DNA of 64,000 nucleotides from an uncultured bacterium (GTDB taxonomy: Bacteria > Zixibacteria > MSB-5A5 > UBA10806), in assembly GCA_965541585.1 (NCBI GenBank), contig CBEUCH010000003.1, positions 181,516 to 245,515 of the forward strand, read 5' to 3'. The stretch's first letter is position 1. The number at the start of each line of letters is the position of its first letter. Of the stretch, positions 27,883-39,122 are shown in pieces. The notes beneath the pieces are model-generated. The model had not been told where the DNA came from. It saw nothing but the letters and a program-made list of their open reading frames with translations, and ran no database searches. The translations under genes and the position numbers were made by a program.

Positions 27883-29519
27883 TGTTCTTCCTCCCTGCCG
27901 AAATCATCCGGGTCGGCAGGCTTAACCATAAGCTGCTTTTCCCGCTCGACTATTACCTTGCCCGGTGGGAATTTTCTTGGCTTGCGGACATATTTCACCT
28001 GCGTATAGATGACCGGCACCTTCGAAGATTTTCTGGCTTTAGAGAAATGAGCTGCCAGCGAGGCCGCCTCCAGAAGCGTCTGCTTATCGGGGATCGAGTT
28101 TTTCGACGGCAACCTTAAAACAGTGTGCGAACCAGCCGCCTGCCAGGCATGAAACCAGTAGTCGTCTTTCGAGGCAATTCTCAGAGTTAACTCATCATTG
28201 TCTCTGTTGGATTTGCCGATCAAGATTTCCCAGCCGCAGGAGGCCTGGAAAGTTCTGTAAGGCTTGCGCTTAGGGATCTGTTTCCTGGGCGAGGCCCCCG
28301 CCCTGGATGGGAATAGTCTCTGTATTTCATTCTCGAGGTTATCGACATCATTATAAAAGTTCGTCTTTACTGCCTCCAGCGCCCCCGATTTCCGCTTGAC
28401 CTCCGCAAGTCTTCGTTTCAGCGTCTCTTGAGAGGATACTGATTTCCTGTATCTTTTATAATAATTCTCGGCGTTGGCAGCCGGCGATTTCGAGGGGTCC
28501 AGACCAATCTCAATAAACTGAGGTGATGAGCTCCCCAGATTCCGCAATTTTACCTTGTCCGCCCCTCTTTCTATATCGCGGATATTCGCCAGGATCAAAT
28601 CTCCGAATACCTTGAACCTGGCAGCATCCTCCGCACTTTCAGACTCCTTTTTTATGGCGGCCAGTTTTTTCTTTTGACGGGCTATCTCCGCAGATAGAAT
28701 TTTCTGAAGCGGTTTCAGCCGGCGGTTTTCCTCATCGGCTTCAGATGCCTCACTATAATAAGCCTCGTACATAGATAAGGCAGAATCATATCTAACGGCC
28801 ATTTCATCGGCCCCCAACTCTGGCTCAACGAGGGAGAAGCCGACGATTTGATCGCCCTCTTTGATTACCCAAGCCGGGCTTGGCTTGATGGCTCGATCCG
28901 CGTAATTTCGCAAGGCTTCTACCGTCTGGTGCGGGTCGTCCGTGAGTTCCCTTGTGACGTTTTTGATATCTCTCTGGCTCAATCCATAGATTTCCTCATG
29001 GATATCGCGGCCATTTTCAATAATCGGAATCAGTCGGCTATTATCGAAATTCAATATGGTTGCCTTTTTCAATGGAGCGGGAGGACTGTATAGTCTGATA
29101 TCTTTCCTCCTGAGCATGCCTTTGACCGCTCCCTTATCATCCGTTAAGTACATATTCCCCATATTGGGGATGATCTCAAAGATGATTCGCGCGCATTTCT
29201 TCCTGCCCAGCCGATCCTCTTTCTCGAGATGAATCGATATAATTCTGTCGAAATTTAACTGTTCGGCTCTGGTGATCACGGATCCGACCTGGCCGGGGAA
29301 AATGCTCTGAGCGTCTGCATCGACGATCTCTGTTATAGCGATAAATGCGAATTTTCTCTCCACGACATATTTCAGAATCAAATCAGGATTGGCTAATTTA
29401 AGGTAGAGGGTTTTTCGGGATCGGCTGCGAGATATCCCCTGGATTTTTGAATTCTCGAGCCGGGCGATCTCGCGGCTGATACGGGCGGCATCGAGTACGG
29501 TCGGTTTCTGCAAATCCAT
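27879..29519 (-). CDS. rqcH: NFACT/FbpA family ribosome quality-control protein RqcH
   Basis: FDRII (DR motif), GDLILANI, I.LDP.KSP.ANAENYYKRY, GKSN..ND.LT, WFHA...GSH, V.YT.VKYVRKP. Confidence 0.88.
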   Translation of the reverse strand: MDLQKPTVLDAARISREIARLENSKIQGISRSRSRKTLYLKLANPDLILKYVVERKFAFIAITEIVDADAQSIFPGQVGSVITRAEQLNFDRIISIHLEKEDRLGRKKCARIIFEIIPNMGNMYLTDDKGAVKGMLRRKDIRLYSPPAPLKKATILNFDNSRLIPIIENGRDIHEEIYGLSQRDIKNVTRELTDDPHQTVEALRNYADRAIKPSPAWVIKEGDQIVGFSLVEPELGADEMAVRYDSALSMYEAYYSEASEADEENRRLKPLQKILSAEIARQKKKLAAIKKESESAEDAARFKVFGDLILANIRDIERGADKVKLRNLGSSSPQFIEIGLDPSKSPAANAENYYKRYRKSVSSQETLKRRLAEVKRKSGALEAVKTNFYNDVDNLENEIQRLFPSRAGASPRKQIPKRKPYRTFQASCGWEILIGKSNRDNDELTLRIASKDDYWFHAWQAAGSHTVLRLPSKNSIPDKQTLLEAASLAAHFSKARKSSKVPVIYTQVKYVRKPRKFPPGKVIVEREKQLMVKPADPDDFGREEEQ

Positions 29520-29616
29520 AGATTACCAATTTAAGATAGAATATTGAGTTGACAAAACGTCTTTTTAGGGTATTTTGTAAGTTTTGTGAAAATGGGCTTT
29601 CCTAAAAGGAGTGCAG

Positions 29617-30492
29617 ATGGCGCGCAGTATGACCGGTTTCGGCAGGGCCGATGCCGAAAGAGACGGCAATAAATTTACTGTCGAGATAAATACCGTCAAT
29701 AATCGCTACCTGGAATATCAAATCAGGATTCCAAAATCCCTGGCGCCTCTGGAGAGTGAGATCAAAGACCTGTTGAATGACACCTTCCGCCGCGGCAAGA
29801 TTATGGTAAACGTAAACTGGGAGAAGGATTCAGGAGAAGAAGACTTCGTCTTGGACGAAACCAGAACAAACGCCTATATGAAAGTGTATGAAATGTTGAG
29901 GGACAAATATAAAATCAAGGGGGAAGTTTCCTTCAGGGATTTCGTAGCCCTGCCTGACCTCGTTAAAGCCTCAAAAAAGGATGATGATCTTGATGAGATC
30001 TGGGGGGTCTTAAAGCCGGTCTTGACGGAGGCTGCCGGTGCCGCCGATGAGATGAGATGCACCGAAGGCAAAAATCTCGTTTCAGATATGTCTCGGCGAG
30101 TGTCGGCGATAAATAGTGTAACCGAGGAGGTTGAATCGCGGGCCTCGAAAAATGTGGAGGTATTTCGGGAAAAGCTGAAATCTCGGATCAAGGAATTGCA
30201 GGAAGATTTTCCGGTCGATGAGCAGCGGATCGCACAGGAGGTGACCATTTTTGCCGAAAAATCGGATATTACAGAGGAATGCATCAGACTTAAGTCGCAT
30301 ATATCTCAATTCGAGCAAAGTCTTGGCCAGGAAAAACCGATAGGGAAGAGATTGAATTTTATCCTGCAGGAACTCAATCGCGAGGCTAATACTATCGCCT
30401 CCAAATCCTCGGATTACGAAATATCCCACCGGGTTATAATGATAAAAGAAGAGATTGAACGTTTGCGCGAGCAGGTTCAGAATATTGAATGA
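29617..30492 (+). CDS. yicC: YicC/YloC family endoribonuclease
   Basis: SMTGFG, VNNRYL, RGK, DITEE..RL.SH, GKRLNFILQE.NRE.NT..SK, REQVQNIE. Confidence 0.95.
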   Translation: MARSMTGFGRADAERDGNKFTVEINTVNNRYLEYQIRIPKSLAPLESEIKDLLNDTFRRGKIMVNVNWEKDSGEEDFVLDETRTNAYMKVYEMLRDKYKIKGEVSFRDFVALPDLVKASKKDDDLDEIWGVLKPVLTEAAGAADEMRCTEGKNLVSDMSRRVSAINSVTEEVESRASKNVEVFREKLKSRIKELQEDFPVDEQRIAQEVTIFAEKSDITEECIRLKSHISQFEQSLGQEKPIGKRLNFILQELNREANTIASKSSDYEISHRVIMIKEEIERLREQVQNIE

Positions 30493-30549
30493 CATTGGAT
30501 ACCCCTCGGATTTTTCGCGGTATCTTGAACTCCGGGATACGGCTAGTCT

Positions 30550-31188
30550 ATGAATGCCAGGTATAAATCGCCAGGTCTTGTTGCCATCCTGTCGGCGCCA
30601 TCGGGAACCGGCAAGACGACAATTTGTAATAAACTCGTTAAGCGGCATCGCGATTATAGATTCTCTGTTTCAGTCACGACCCGTTCCCCGAGGAGAAAAG
30701 AGCGGGACGGTATCGACTACTATTTTGTAACGAATGAACAATTCGACTCTCTGATAAAAAATAAAAAACTCGCCGAATGGGCATCCGTTTTTGGAGATCG
30801 CTACGGTACGCCGCTTTCAGAGATAAAGAAGGCAATCTCCGCAAATGAGGTTCTTTTATGCGAGATCGATGTTCAGGGGGGGATGAGTCTCAAACAGAAA
30901 TATGACGAGGCCGTAGCCATTTTTCTCGTTCCTCCATCTATGGCGGAGTTAAGGCGAAGGTTATTCGGGAGGAAGACTAATACGGCCGAACAGAGAAAAG
31001 TCAGGCTTCAAACGGCGGTCTGGGAATTAAGCTTCTGGAATAGATACGATTATATTGTCTTAAATGATGACCTTAAGAAAGCAACGGAAATGGTCGATAC
31101 GATAATAGCCGCTGAGAGGGAAAAGACGATAAGGCGGAATGATCGACGACTCTGGAGACCGCCGCAGGCCAGGCTTCTGGGCCTGTAA
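30550..31188 (+). CDS. gmk: Guanylate kinase
   Basis: SAPSGTGKTT, SVTTRSPR..E.DG.DY.F, YGTP, IDVQG. Confidence 0.95.
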   Translation: MNARYKSPGLVAILSAPSGTGKTTICNKLVKRHRDYRFSVSVTTRSPRRKERDGIDYYFVTNEQFDSLIKNKKLAEWASVFGDRYGTPLSEIKKAISANEVLLCEIDVQGGMSLKQKYDEAVAIFLVPPSMAELRRRLFGRKTNTAEQRKVRLQTAVWELSFWNRYDYIVLNDDLKKATEMVDTIIAAEREKTIRRNDRRLWRPPQARLLGL

Positions 31189-31241
31189 GGGGAACCATCG
31201 ATTACCGTGCATTGTTTAAGTTCAGCAGCGTAGGAGGAGTT

Positions 31242-31487
31242 ATGGAAGAAAAAGAGACGAAAGAACCCAACTTAAACGACTACGAAGCAGTGCTCGTGGC
31301 TGCCAAGCTTGCGCGCAGGATAAATGACCTCCGGCTTGCCGCCAAGGAAGAGCTTGCTCCGGAAGAACTGGCCGGAATGGATCAACGAAAGGTCACTACG
31401 GTCGCCCTCGAGGAATTAAAGAGCGGCAAGGTTCGGCTTGAACGCGTGAAGCCGCAAGAAGAAGAAGAAACTTATGATCTGACCTGA
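31242..31487 (+). CDS. rpoZ: RNA polymerase omega subunit
   Basis: YEAVLVAAK.AR.I, K.T.VALEE; follows gmk; AGGAGG RBS. Confidence 0.8.
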   Translation: MEEKETKEPNLNDYEAVLVAAKLARRINDLRLAAKEELAPEELAGMDQRKVTTVALEELKSGKVRLERVKPQEEEETYDLT

Positions 31488-31551
31488 TAGGTTTTATCAG
31501 GACAGCTACTTAATATTACTGATTTTTCGGATTTGATCCGGGGGATGAGAT

Positions 31552-33774
31552 TTGGCAAAGAACCTTGTAATAGTTGAATCGCCCACGAAATCGAAGACCT
31601 TAAAGAAATTCCTGGGGAAGCAGTTCGATATACTTGCATCCGGAGGTCATATAAAAGACCTGCCGGTTTCTAAACTCGGAGTGGATATAGAAAACGATTT
31701 CGAACCGGAATACGTTACTATTCGAGGTAAAGCAAAGGTGATCAAGAGTCTCAAGGATGCGGCGAAATCTTCGAATAAGGTTTATCTTGCCCCGGACCCT
31801 GATCGAGAGGGAGAAGCCATCGCTTATCATATCGCCGCGGAGATATCCAAAGCTGCCAAAAACCTCTACAGAGTCACTTTCAATGAGATTACCGAAAGGG
31901 CAGTGCTCGGAGGCATTGAAAACGCCGGAGAGATAGATTTAAATAAGGTGAATGCCCAGCAGGCCAGAAGAATTCTCGATCGGCTGGTGGGATATAAGGT
32001 CAGCCCGCTTCTATGGAAGACGGTGTTCCGGGGTCTCTCTGCGGGACGAGTTCAGTCGGTAGCCCTGAAAATCATTTGCGACCGGGAGGAGGAAATAGAG
32101 AAATTTATTCCCCGGGAGTATTGGACGTTCGAAGTGGAATTCAAGACGGGGAAGGGCGAGAGATTCAAGATCAAGCTAACGAAAATTGACGGTGAAAAGT
32201 CTGACGTTGGATCGGAAGCTGAAGCCAAAAAGATAAAATCGGGAATCGGATCCGCCTCCTTTGTCGTCAAGAGCCATGAAAAGTCCCAGATGAAGAGGAC
32301 GCCGCCTGTCCCATTTATCACCAGCAGCCTTCAGCAGGATAGCTTTAATAAACTCCATTTATCCAATAAGGCCACCATGATGATCGCGCAACAACTCTAT
32401 GAGGGAGTCGAGCTCGGGGAAGAGGGTCTGACCGGTCTTATTTCTTATATGCGTACCGACTCGACCCGTGTATCCTCGGAGGCGAAATCCGCGGCCAAGA
32501 CGACAATCAAAAAGCTTTTTGGAGAACAGTATGTCGCCCACAGCGAACGCAAAACCAAAAAAACCAAAAAAACCCAGGATGCCCACGAGGCCATTCGCCC
32601 TACCTCCCCTGATTTGACGCCTGATTCGCTAAAGAAGTTTCTCTCGAGAGATCAGCATCGGCTCTACGACCTAATATGGCGGCGCTTTATGGCTTCCCGG
32701 ATGGCGTCAGCGGAATACGATGTGGACACCATCGAGGTGGAGGGAGGCAGATTCCTGTTTAAGTCCTCCAAACAAAAGATGGTATTCGACGGGTTCACCC
32801 GTGTATATAACGACAGTGATAAGGATAATAACAATGGTTTCCCGGAGGTTAGAGCCGGTGAAAAAGTCGATCTGGAGGAAATTTTCGCCGATCAACATTT
32901 TACCGAGCCACCGCCGCGGTTCAACGCCGGCAGCCTTGTGAAAGAGCTCGAACAAAAGGGAATCGGTAGACCCTCGACCTATGCTCAGATTATCTCCGTG
33001 CTCCTCGATAGAAAATACGTTTCGTCCGAAAAAAGGCGTTTTAGCCCCACCGACCTGGGCCGGACGGTGAAGAAGATTTTAATTGCCAACTTTCCCGATA
33101 TATTTTCCGAGGAATTCACTGCCCGAATGGAGGAAGAGCTGGATAAGGTGGAGGACGGTTCTTCCAACTGGGTCGATGTTTTGAATGATTTTTATAAGCC
33201 TTTCAAGATCGATCTCGACAGGGCGGAGGCGCAAAAGGATGAAATCAAGAAACAGGCTGAGGAAAAAACCGATGAGGTCTGCGAGAAGTGTGGAGAGCCC
33301 ATGATCATCAAACTCGGCAGGAACGGAAGATTCATGGCCTGTTCCGGCTATCCGAAATGCAAAAATACCAAATCGCTTGAAAACGATTTCCAGGATATCG
33401 ACGAGAAATGCCCTGCCTGTGGTTCTGTCATGCAGATCCGTCATGGCCGTTTCGGACGATTCATCGCCTGTACCAATTATCCGGAATGCAAAACGACCAA
33501 GAACATTCCTACAGGCGTCAAGTGCCCTGAATCGGGATGCAAAGGCGAGCTTGTGGAACGATCTACAAGACGCGGCAAACTGTTTTTTTCATGCTCCGAA
33601 TATCCTGCCTGCGAACATTCGACTTGGTATAGGCCCGTTGACAAGAAGTGCAAATCCTGCAAATTCCCGTATATGGTGGAAAAATCATCGCGTGTCAAAG
33701 GAGATTATCTATCATGTCTGAAGTGCAAAGCCACCCGGAATATAAAGGTCGAAGAGCCTGTTTCGGCAGGTTGA
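31552..33774 (+). CDS. topA: DNA topoisomerase I
   Basis: LVIVESP.K, D.DREGE, SAGRVQS, YMRTDS, GIGRPST, C-terminal C4 zinc ribbons. Confidence 0.97.
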   Translation: MAKNLVIVESPTKSKTLKKFLGKQFDILASGGHIKDLPVSKLGVDIENDFEPEYVTIRGKAKVIKSLKDAAKSSNKVYLAPDPDREGEAIAYHIAAEISKAAKNLYRVTFNEITERAVLGGIENAGEIDLNKVNAQQARRILDRLVGYKVSPLLWKTVFRGLSAGRVQSVALKIICDREEEIEKFIPREYWTFEVEFKTGKGERFKIKLTKIDGEKSDVGSEAEAKKIKSGIGSASFVVKSHEKSQMKRTPPVPFITSSLQQDSFNKLHLSNKATMMIAQQLYEGVELGEEGLTGLISYMRTDSTRVSSEAKSAAKTTIKKLFGEQYVAHSERKTKKTKKTQDAHEAIRPTSPDLTPDSLKKFLSRDQHRLYDLIWRRFMASRMASAEYDVDTIEVEGGRFLFKSSKQKMVFDGFTRVYNDSDKDNNNGFPEVRAGEKVDLEEIFADQHFTEPPPRFNAGSLVKELEQKGIGRPSTYAQIISVLLDRKYVSSEKRRFSPTDLGRTVKKILIANFPDIFSEEFTARMEEELDKVEDGSSNWVDVLNDFYKPFKIDLDRAEAQKDEIKKQAEEKTDEVCEKCGEPMIIKLGRNGRFMACSGYPKCKNTKSLENDFQDIDEKCPACGSVMQIRHGRFGRFIACTNYPECKTTKNIPTGVKCPESGCKGELVERSTRRGKLFFSCSEYPACEHSTWYRPVDKKCKSCKFPYMVEKSSRVKGDYLSCLKCKATRNIKVEEPVSAG

Positions 33775-33829
33775 TTTCTCTCTTTACAACTTGATTAAAC
33801 GTTTATAACTCATTATAATCCGGACAGGT

Positions 33830-34774
33830 ATGTCGGAGTGGTATAAATATTTATCGGGATTTACCGGGCATATCCAATCAGCTGAGGGATTGGCTAGCAA
33901 TACGCTTATCGCCTATCAGTCGGATTGCAGGTCGTTTATCCATTTTCTGAAAGAGAATCACCCGGATTCCTGGAATTCCGGGAGGGTATCTGCCGCGGAG
34001 GGAAGGCTCTTCCTAATTTCCCTCAAGAAAAAAGGGCTGAAGAGGGTATCTCTGGCCAGAAAGCTCGATTCACTCAAGAGATTCGGAGACTATATTACGG
34101 AAATCGGCAGGTGGACATCAAATCCCTTTCGGGAACTGCCATATCCGAGGAAGGAACATTATCGCGCCGAATATTTAACCCCTGAAGAGGCGTATGGCAT
34201 GCTGTCCCTGGAATTTCAAAACAACTTCATCGGCATTCGTGATTGTGCCATGCTCGAACTTTTCTATGGTTGCGGGATCAGGTTATCGGAACTGGTCGGT
34301 ATAGATATTAAAGACATACGATTCAGGGAGAGAATTATCAGAGTTTTCGGAAAAGGTGGCAGGTACCGGATAGTGCCCTTAGGTTCCAAGGCAGCCGATA
34401 TTTTACAACGATATCTTGATGGGAGAAAGAAAAAAATCACCTGCGAAGGTATCGAAGAGTTAGCGGGTCAGGCTGCATTTTTGAACAATCGCGGAGGCCG
34501 CATATCTCCAAGAAGCGTGGGCAGAATCATCAAGGGATATCTTCTGAAATCATCGGAGAAGCAAAAACTCTCCACTCACAGCCTGAGGCACTCATTCGCC
34601 ACCCACCTGCTGGAGGCGGGCGCGAATCTCAGGGCAGTTCAGCAGATGCTGGGGCATTCGAGCCTGAAAACCACACAACAATACGCCCACACCACAACAG
34701 GCCGCCTGATCTCCGTATACAAAAGGGCTCATCCCCGATGGGAGAAAGAGGGAAATGAAAGAAAGAGCTTATAG
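33830..34774 (+). CDS. xerC: Tyrosine recombinase XerC
   Basis: GIRLSEL, GKG, HSLRHSFATHLL, LGH, catalytic Tyr; topA-xerC-hslVU context. Confidence 0.85.
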   Translation: MSEWYKYLSGFTGHIQSAEGLASNTLIAYQSDCRSFIHFLKENHPDSWNSGRVSAAEGRLFLISLKKKGLKRVSLARKLDSLKRFGDYITEIGRWTSNPFRELPYPRKEHYRAEYLTPEEAYGMLSLEFQNNFIGIRDCAMLELFYGCGIRLSELVGIDIKDIRFRERIIRVFGKGGRYRIVPLGSKAADILQRYLDGRKKKITCEGIEELAGQAAFLNNRGGRISPRSVGRIIKGYLLKSSEKQKLSTHSLRHSFATHLLEAGANLRAVQQMLGHSSLKTTQQYAHTTTGRLISVYKRAHPRWEKEGNERKSL

Positions 34775-35294
34775 ATCAACAACGGTCCTTGCCATGTTGG
34801 ATAAGAATGGTGCGGCCATGGGAGCCGACGGCCAGGTGAGCCTGGGCGATACAATCATGAAATCGAAGGCTACGAAAATCAGAAAGCTCTATAATAATTC
34901 CGTGCTGGCCGGATTTGCCGGCACATCATCGGATGCAATCACCTTGTTTGAGAAATTCGAATCCAAGATCGATGAATACTCCGGTAACCTTTCACGGGCG
35001 GCGGTAGAGCTGGCCAAAGAATGGCGCACGGATAAATACCTGCGGCGTCTGGAAGCCGTCATGGCAGTGATCGATAGAGAAAAAGTACTCATGATATCCG
35101 GCAATGGCGATGTTATAGAACCGGATGATGGTATTATCGCGATCGGTTCCGGTGGGGCTTATGCGCTGGCCGCCGCCAGGGCCTTAAAATCGGAGACAAA
35201 GTTACCGGTCGAGAATATTGTGACCAAATCCCTTGAGATCGCCGCCACCATATGTGTTTATACAAATAACAGCATCGTCGTGGAGAAACTATGA
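34755..35294 (+). CDS. hslV: ATP-dependent protease peptidase subunit HslV
   Basis: STT N-terminal nucleophile, ADGQV, AGFAG, WRTDK.LRRLEA, GSGG. Confidence 0.96.
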   Translation: MKERAYRSTTVLAMLDKNGAAMGADGQVSLGDTIMKSKATKIRKLYNNSVLAGFAGTSSDAITLFEKFESKIDEYSGNLSRAAVELAKEWRTDKYLRRLEAVMAVIDREKVLMISGNGDVIEPDDGIIAIGSGGAYALAAARALKSETKLPVENIVTKSLEIAATICVYTNNSIVVEKL

Positions 35295-36667
35295 GCGGTG
35301 CCATGGGCAATCATAAAATTGATTCTCTGACCCCCGGCCAGATAGTCGCCGAATTGGATAAATATATTATCGGTCAGGCTAATGCCAAGCGAATGGTAGC
35401 TATTGCTATGCGGAACCGCTGGCGTCGGCAAATGGTCGACGAGGATCTTCGCAACGAGATAATGCCCAACAATATAATCATGATTGGCTCGACCGGAGTC
35501 GGTAAGACCGAGATAGCTCGACGGCTATCCAGCCTCGCGAATGCCCCCTTTATAAAGGTGGAGGCCTCGAAATTTACTGAAGTGGGCTATGTGGGCCGGG
35601 ACGTCGAATCGATGGTTCGAGATTTGACGGATATTGCGGTCAGTATCGTAAAGAAAGAAAAACAGGGGAAAATCGAATCGAAGGCGCGCAAGATGGCCGA
35701 GGAGAAATTACTCGATCTTTTATTGCCATCTTCATCGCAAAAAAGATACCCCCGACAGGCGGAGGATAACGAGGCGGTGGACAAGAGCCTTGTCGCCAGA
35801 GAAAAACTCCGCAAACAACTGCATGACGGCAAGCTCGAAAATCGGCATGTCGAAATTGATGCGGCCCCCAACCGATTCCCTATAGTCGAAATATTTTCCC
35901 CCATGGGAATGGAGGAGCTGGGCGTTAATATGCAGGAGATGTTCTCCGGCATGATGCCGAAAAAATCCAAAAAGAGGCGCGTGGCTGTAGCCGAAGCGAT
36001 CAATATTCTCGAGGCGGAGGAAACCAACAAGCTCATCGATATTGAGGAGGTAATCGTTGAAGCGATAGAGAGAGTGGAGAATTCCGGTATGATCTTCGTA
36101 GATGAAATCGATAAGATTGCCGGGGAGAAATCGAAAACCGGCCCGGATGTTTCCCGGGAGGGCGTCCAACGAGATATTCTCCCGATCGTCGAGGGGACAA
36201 GCGTAATGACCAAATACGGTCTTGTCAGGACCGACCATATCCTGTTTCTGGCGGCCGGGGCATTTCATATGTCTAAACCTTCGGATCTGATCCCGGAACT
36301 CCAGGGGCGTTTTCCGATCAGGGTGGAGCTCGATGATCTGACTGCGGGGGATTTTGTTCGTATTTTAACGGAACCTGAAAATGCACTTATCAAACAATAC
36401 ACGGCGCTTTTGAAAACGGAGGGGGTGCAAATTTCGTTCGAGGAGTCCGCTATCCGGGAAATAGCTCATATTGCGTTCGAGGTCAACTCCCGGACCGAGA
36501 ATATCGGCGCCAGGCGCCTTCAGACAGTTCTGACCAAGCTTCTGGAGAATATTATGTATAATGCTCCGGACGTCGACAGGAAGAGAATCCGGATAACCAG
36601 GAAATTCGTCAGAGATACACTGAAGGAAATAGTAGAAGATAAGGATTTGTCGAGGTATATACTGTAG
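35291..36667 (+). CDS. hslU: ATP-dependent protease ATPase subunit HslU
   Basis: [31 protein letters not shown]-terminal SRYIL. Confidence 0.97.
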   Translation: MSGAMGNHKIDSLTPGQIVAELDKYIIGQANAKRMVAIAMRNRWRRQMVDEDLRNEIMPNNIIMIGSTGVGKTEIARRLSSLANAPFIKVEASKFTEVGYVGRDVESMVRDLTDIAVSIVKKEKQGKIESKARKMAEEKLLDLLLPSSSQKRYPRQAEDNEAVDKSLVAREKLRKQLHDGKLENRHVEIDAAPNRFPIVEIFSPMGMEELGVNMQEMFSGMMPKKSKKRRVAVAEAINILEAEETNKLIDIEEVIVEAIERVENSGMIFVDEIDKIAGEKSKTGPDVSREGVQRDILPIVEGTSVMTKYGLVRTDHILFLAAGAFHMSKPSDLIPELQGRFPIRVELDDLTAGDFVRILTEPENALIKQYTALLKTEGVQISFEESAIREIAHIAFEVNSRTENIGARRLQTVLTKLLENIMYNAPDVDRKRIRITRKFVRDTLKEIVEDKDLSRYIL

Positions 36668-36680
36668 ACATCAAGTAACT

Positions 36681-38123
36681 ATGAAACCTTCAATCATTTC
36701 CTCTATATTGCCGGACGGAATTATCCCGAGATCAATTGTAGCAAGGCCATATTCTAACGCGGCTATAAACGTCGCTTCAGCAATCATCCTTATGATCTCT
36801 ATGTTTGCGACTCTTTATTGGGATACTAAAGCATTGGCTGTTCCTCTCATAATTTTGATCGTAATCCTGATCCTTCGATATCGCAGTTTCTTAATATATA
36901 TGTTACTGATAACGGCGCCTTTTTGCCCTTATTATTTCCCTGAATTTAGTACTGTGTATGTCTATTTATTAGTATTGCCAATAATTGCCCTGTGGCTAAT
37001 CAGGAAATTTATTATGGGTAACGAGCCTATTCAGTTTGCGGCGCCGCTAATGGCGTTTTTGATGACATTTATGTTTTTCACACTAATGTCTGCTCTAAAT
37101 GGAGGTATAACAACAGCGGAGCAATATTCGCTTATTAGATTCTCAATTTTATTCGCTCTCATAATTGTATTGTATGATATTTATAGAATCGCTGATACAG
37201 TCAAAATTATGATTTCAATCACAATTCCTCTTTTGGCATCGACGTATTTTATGATCTCTGCTTATGCTCATGCAGGCGGGATTTTTGAAATTCTGAAGCT
37301 ATATAGGTTGAAGCCAGCCGGATTATTCCTGAACAGCAATTCATTTGGGGCGGTGATCTTGATTGTTGCTCCGTTTTGGCTTGCATTGTCGATATGGAGT
37401 AGGAAGAAATATAAAAGGATAGTATCGGGGATTATAGCGGCCATTTTAATAGTTGCATTGATTGGGACCAATTCTCGTGCATCTATGGTAGGATTTCTAA
37501 TGACGGTGATACTATTTTCATTCTGGAAAAGGAGAATAAGGCGCAATTTGGCGATATTCGCCATAGCAGCTGCAATAGTATTTTCAATTCCAACAGCAAG
37601 GATCATTTTTTCGGTAGGCTTAAGGGTAGAGCAGGGTAGTACTGGGAGAATGGATGTTTGGAGGAATACTGTAGAAATAATCAAGCAAGATCCTTGGCTC
37701 GGTGTAGGGATAGGCAATTTTGGAAAGGCGTATATGCCTTATTTTGAGACCGTCTGGCACCGGAATTTCTTCGGAAGTATGTCGAGCGCACACAACCAGT
37801 ATTTATCGAAGACGGCGGAGTTGGGGATTATGGGATTTGTTTTGATGATTATTCTATATTACTTTCCCCTTAGATCGGGCATCAATGCCTTGAGGATAGT
37901 AAAGGAACGGAATAATCAAGCCGCTTTATATGGCATACTCGGAGGAATAGTGGCCATTTACGGGCAGTCTATCTTTGAGACGTGGGTGTTGGGAGTAGGA
38001 CGCATATATCCGGATATATTGATTTGGATTCTTATCATCATGGTCTTGAAGATCGAGAGAGTTGAGGAAATGCAATCCGATTCCTTGATTTCATTTGCGA
38101 AGGCAGCGAAGGGGAAATCATAA
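36681..38123 (+). CDS. O-antigen ligase/polymerase (Wzy_C) family membrane protein
   Basis: About 12 TMs; TNSRAS, R...W, PWLGVGIGNF, AHNQYL...AELGI.G; AT-rich. Confidence 0.82.
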   Translation: MKPSIISSILPDGIIPRSIVARPYSNAAINVASAIILMISMFATLYWDTKALAVPLIILIVILILRYRSFLIYMLLITAPFCPYYFPEFSTVYVYLLVLPIIALWLIRKFIMGNEPIQFAAPLMAFLMTFMFFTLMSALNGGITTAEQYSLIRFSILFALIIVLYDIYRIADTVKIMISITIPLLASTYFMISAYAHAGGIFEILKLYRLKPAGLFLNSNSFGAVILIVAPFWLALSIWSRKKYKRIVSGIIAAILIVALIGTNSRASMVGFLMTVILFSFWKRRIRRNLAIFAIAAAIVFSIPTARIIFSVGLRVEQGSTGRMDVWRNTVEIIKQDPWLGVGIGNFGKAYMPYFETVWHRNFFGSMSSAHNQYLSKTAELGIMGFVLMIILYYFPLRSGINALRIVKERNNQAALYGILGGIVAIYGQSIFETWVLGVGRIYPDILIWILIIMVLKIERVEEMQSDSLISFAKAAKGKS

Positions 38124-38210
38124 GGGCAGCGTGTGAAAGAATTGATATCGAAATATTTTGAAAAAATCCGACCTTGTCTTGAAAGAAAGATATTCTGAAG
38201 GGGAATTATC

Positions 38211-39122
38211 GTGAGCAGAGATTTCTTAGCCATCACCGATTTCAGTGAATCTGAAATAAGAGAAACGTTTAAACTGGCAGCAGATTTAAAAAAGAGGAAA
38301 GGACAGTTTCTCGATGTCCTCAAGGGCATGACAGTCGCTTGTATATTTCATAAAGCGTCTCTCAGAACCCGGGTTTCATTTGAGGTCGGGATACATGAGC
38401 TCGGGGGGCATTCCCTGTATATTACCGACAAGGAGATTGAACTGGGCGTCAGGGAGTCGATCCATGACGCGGCCAAGGTCCTTTCCCGCTATGTAGGCAT
38501 GATCGAGATTAGAACTTTCTCCCATAAATCGGTGGTTGAACTGGCCAGACACGCACTTGTTCCGGTTATTAACGGTCTTACGGATTTTTTGCATCCATGC
38601 CAGGTAATGGGGGATATGTTCACCATGATCGAGCACAAGGGAAAGATCGATAATCTGAAGATCGCATACCTTGGAGACGGCAATAACGTCTGCAATTCCT
38701 GGCTGAAAGCGTCGGTCCGAATTCCACTCGATCTCAGAATCGGCACGCGGAAAGAGACCATGCCCGATCCGGACATCGTCGACGAGGCCAGAAGCTCCGG
38801 CCGATCCAGAATAAAAATCACCGAGGATCCCCGAGAAGCGGTGCGAGGAGCAGATGTCGTCTATACTGATGTCTGGGCCTCCATGGGCCAGAAAGGCCAG
38901 GCGGAATCTCGGGCGGCCTTGCTGAAGGATTTTCAGCTTAATACTCGTTTGCTTGCCTCGGCTGATTCGAACTATATTGTAATGCACTGTCTTCCTGCTG
39001 AACGTGGTCGTGAGATAACTGATGATGTCATGGACGGCGAGCATTCGGTGGTTTTCGATCAGGCGGAAAACCGTCTGCATATTCAAAAGGCTATTATGGT
39101 CAAATTAACTCAAGGGGCTTGA
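38211..39122 (+). CDS. argF: Ornithine carbamoyltransferase
   Basis: SLRTR, HPCQ, GDGNN, DVWASMG, HCLPA.RG.E, QAENRLH. Confidence 0.92.
   Translation: MSRDFLAITDFSESEIRETFKLAADLKKRKGQFLDVLKGMTVACIFHKASLRTRVSFEVGIHELGGHSLYITDKEIELGVRESIHDAAKVLSRYVGMIEIRTFSHKSVVELARHALVPVINGLTDFLHPCQVMGDMFTMIEHKGKIDNLKIAYLGDGNNVCNSWLKASVRIPLDLRIGTRKETMPDPDIVDEARSSGRSRIKITEDPREAVRGADVVYTDVWASMGQKGQAESRAALLKDFQLNTRLLASADSNYIVMHCLPAERGREITDDVMDGEHSVVFDQAENRLHIQKAIMVKLTQGA
39060..39107 (+). repeat. Copy 1 of 48-bp diverged direct repeat (argF 3' end)
   Basis: 42/48 identical to 41091-41138 by manual alignment. Confidence 0.85.

Noticed and set aside
32551..32574. AAAACCAAA microrepeat in topA (KTKKTKKT)
   Set aside because: In-frame 9-bp unit in a variable Lys-rich loop; no sign of phase variation
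33830..34774. Tyrosine recombinase as a prophage or island integrase
   Set aside because: Size, motifs and topA-xerC-hslVU context indicate housekeeping XerC
38211..39122. N-acetyl/succinyl-ornithine transcarbamylase, suggested by the SLRT motif
   Set aside because: The DxxxSMG loop and HCLPA.RG.E are those of canonical OTCase
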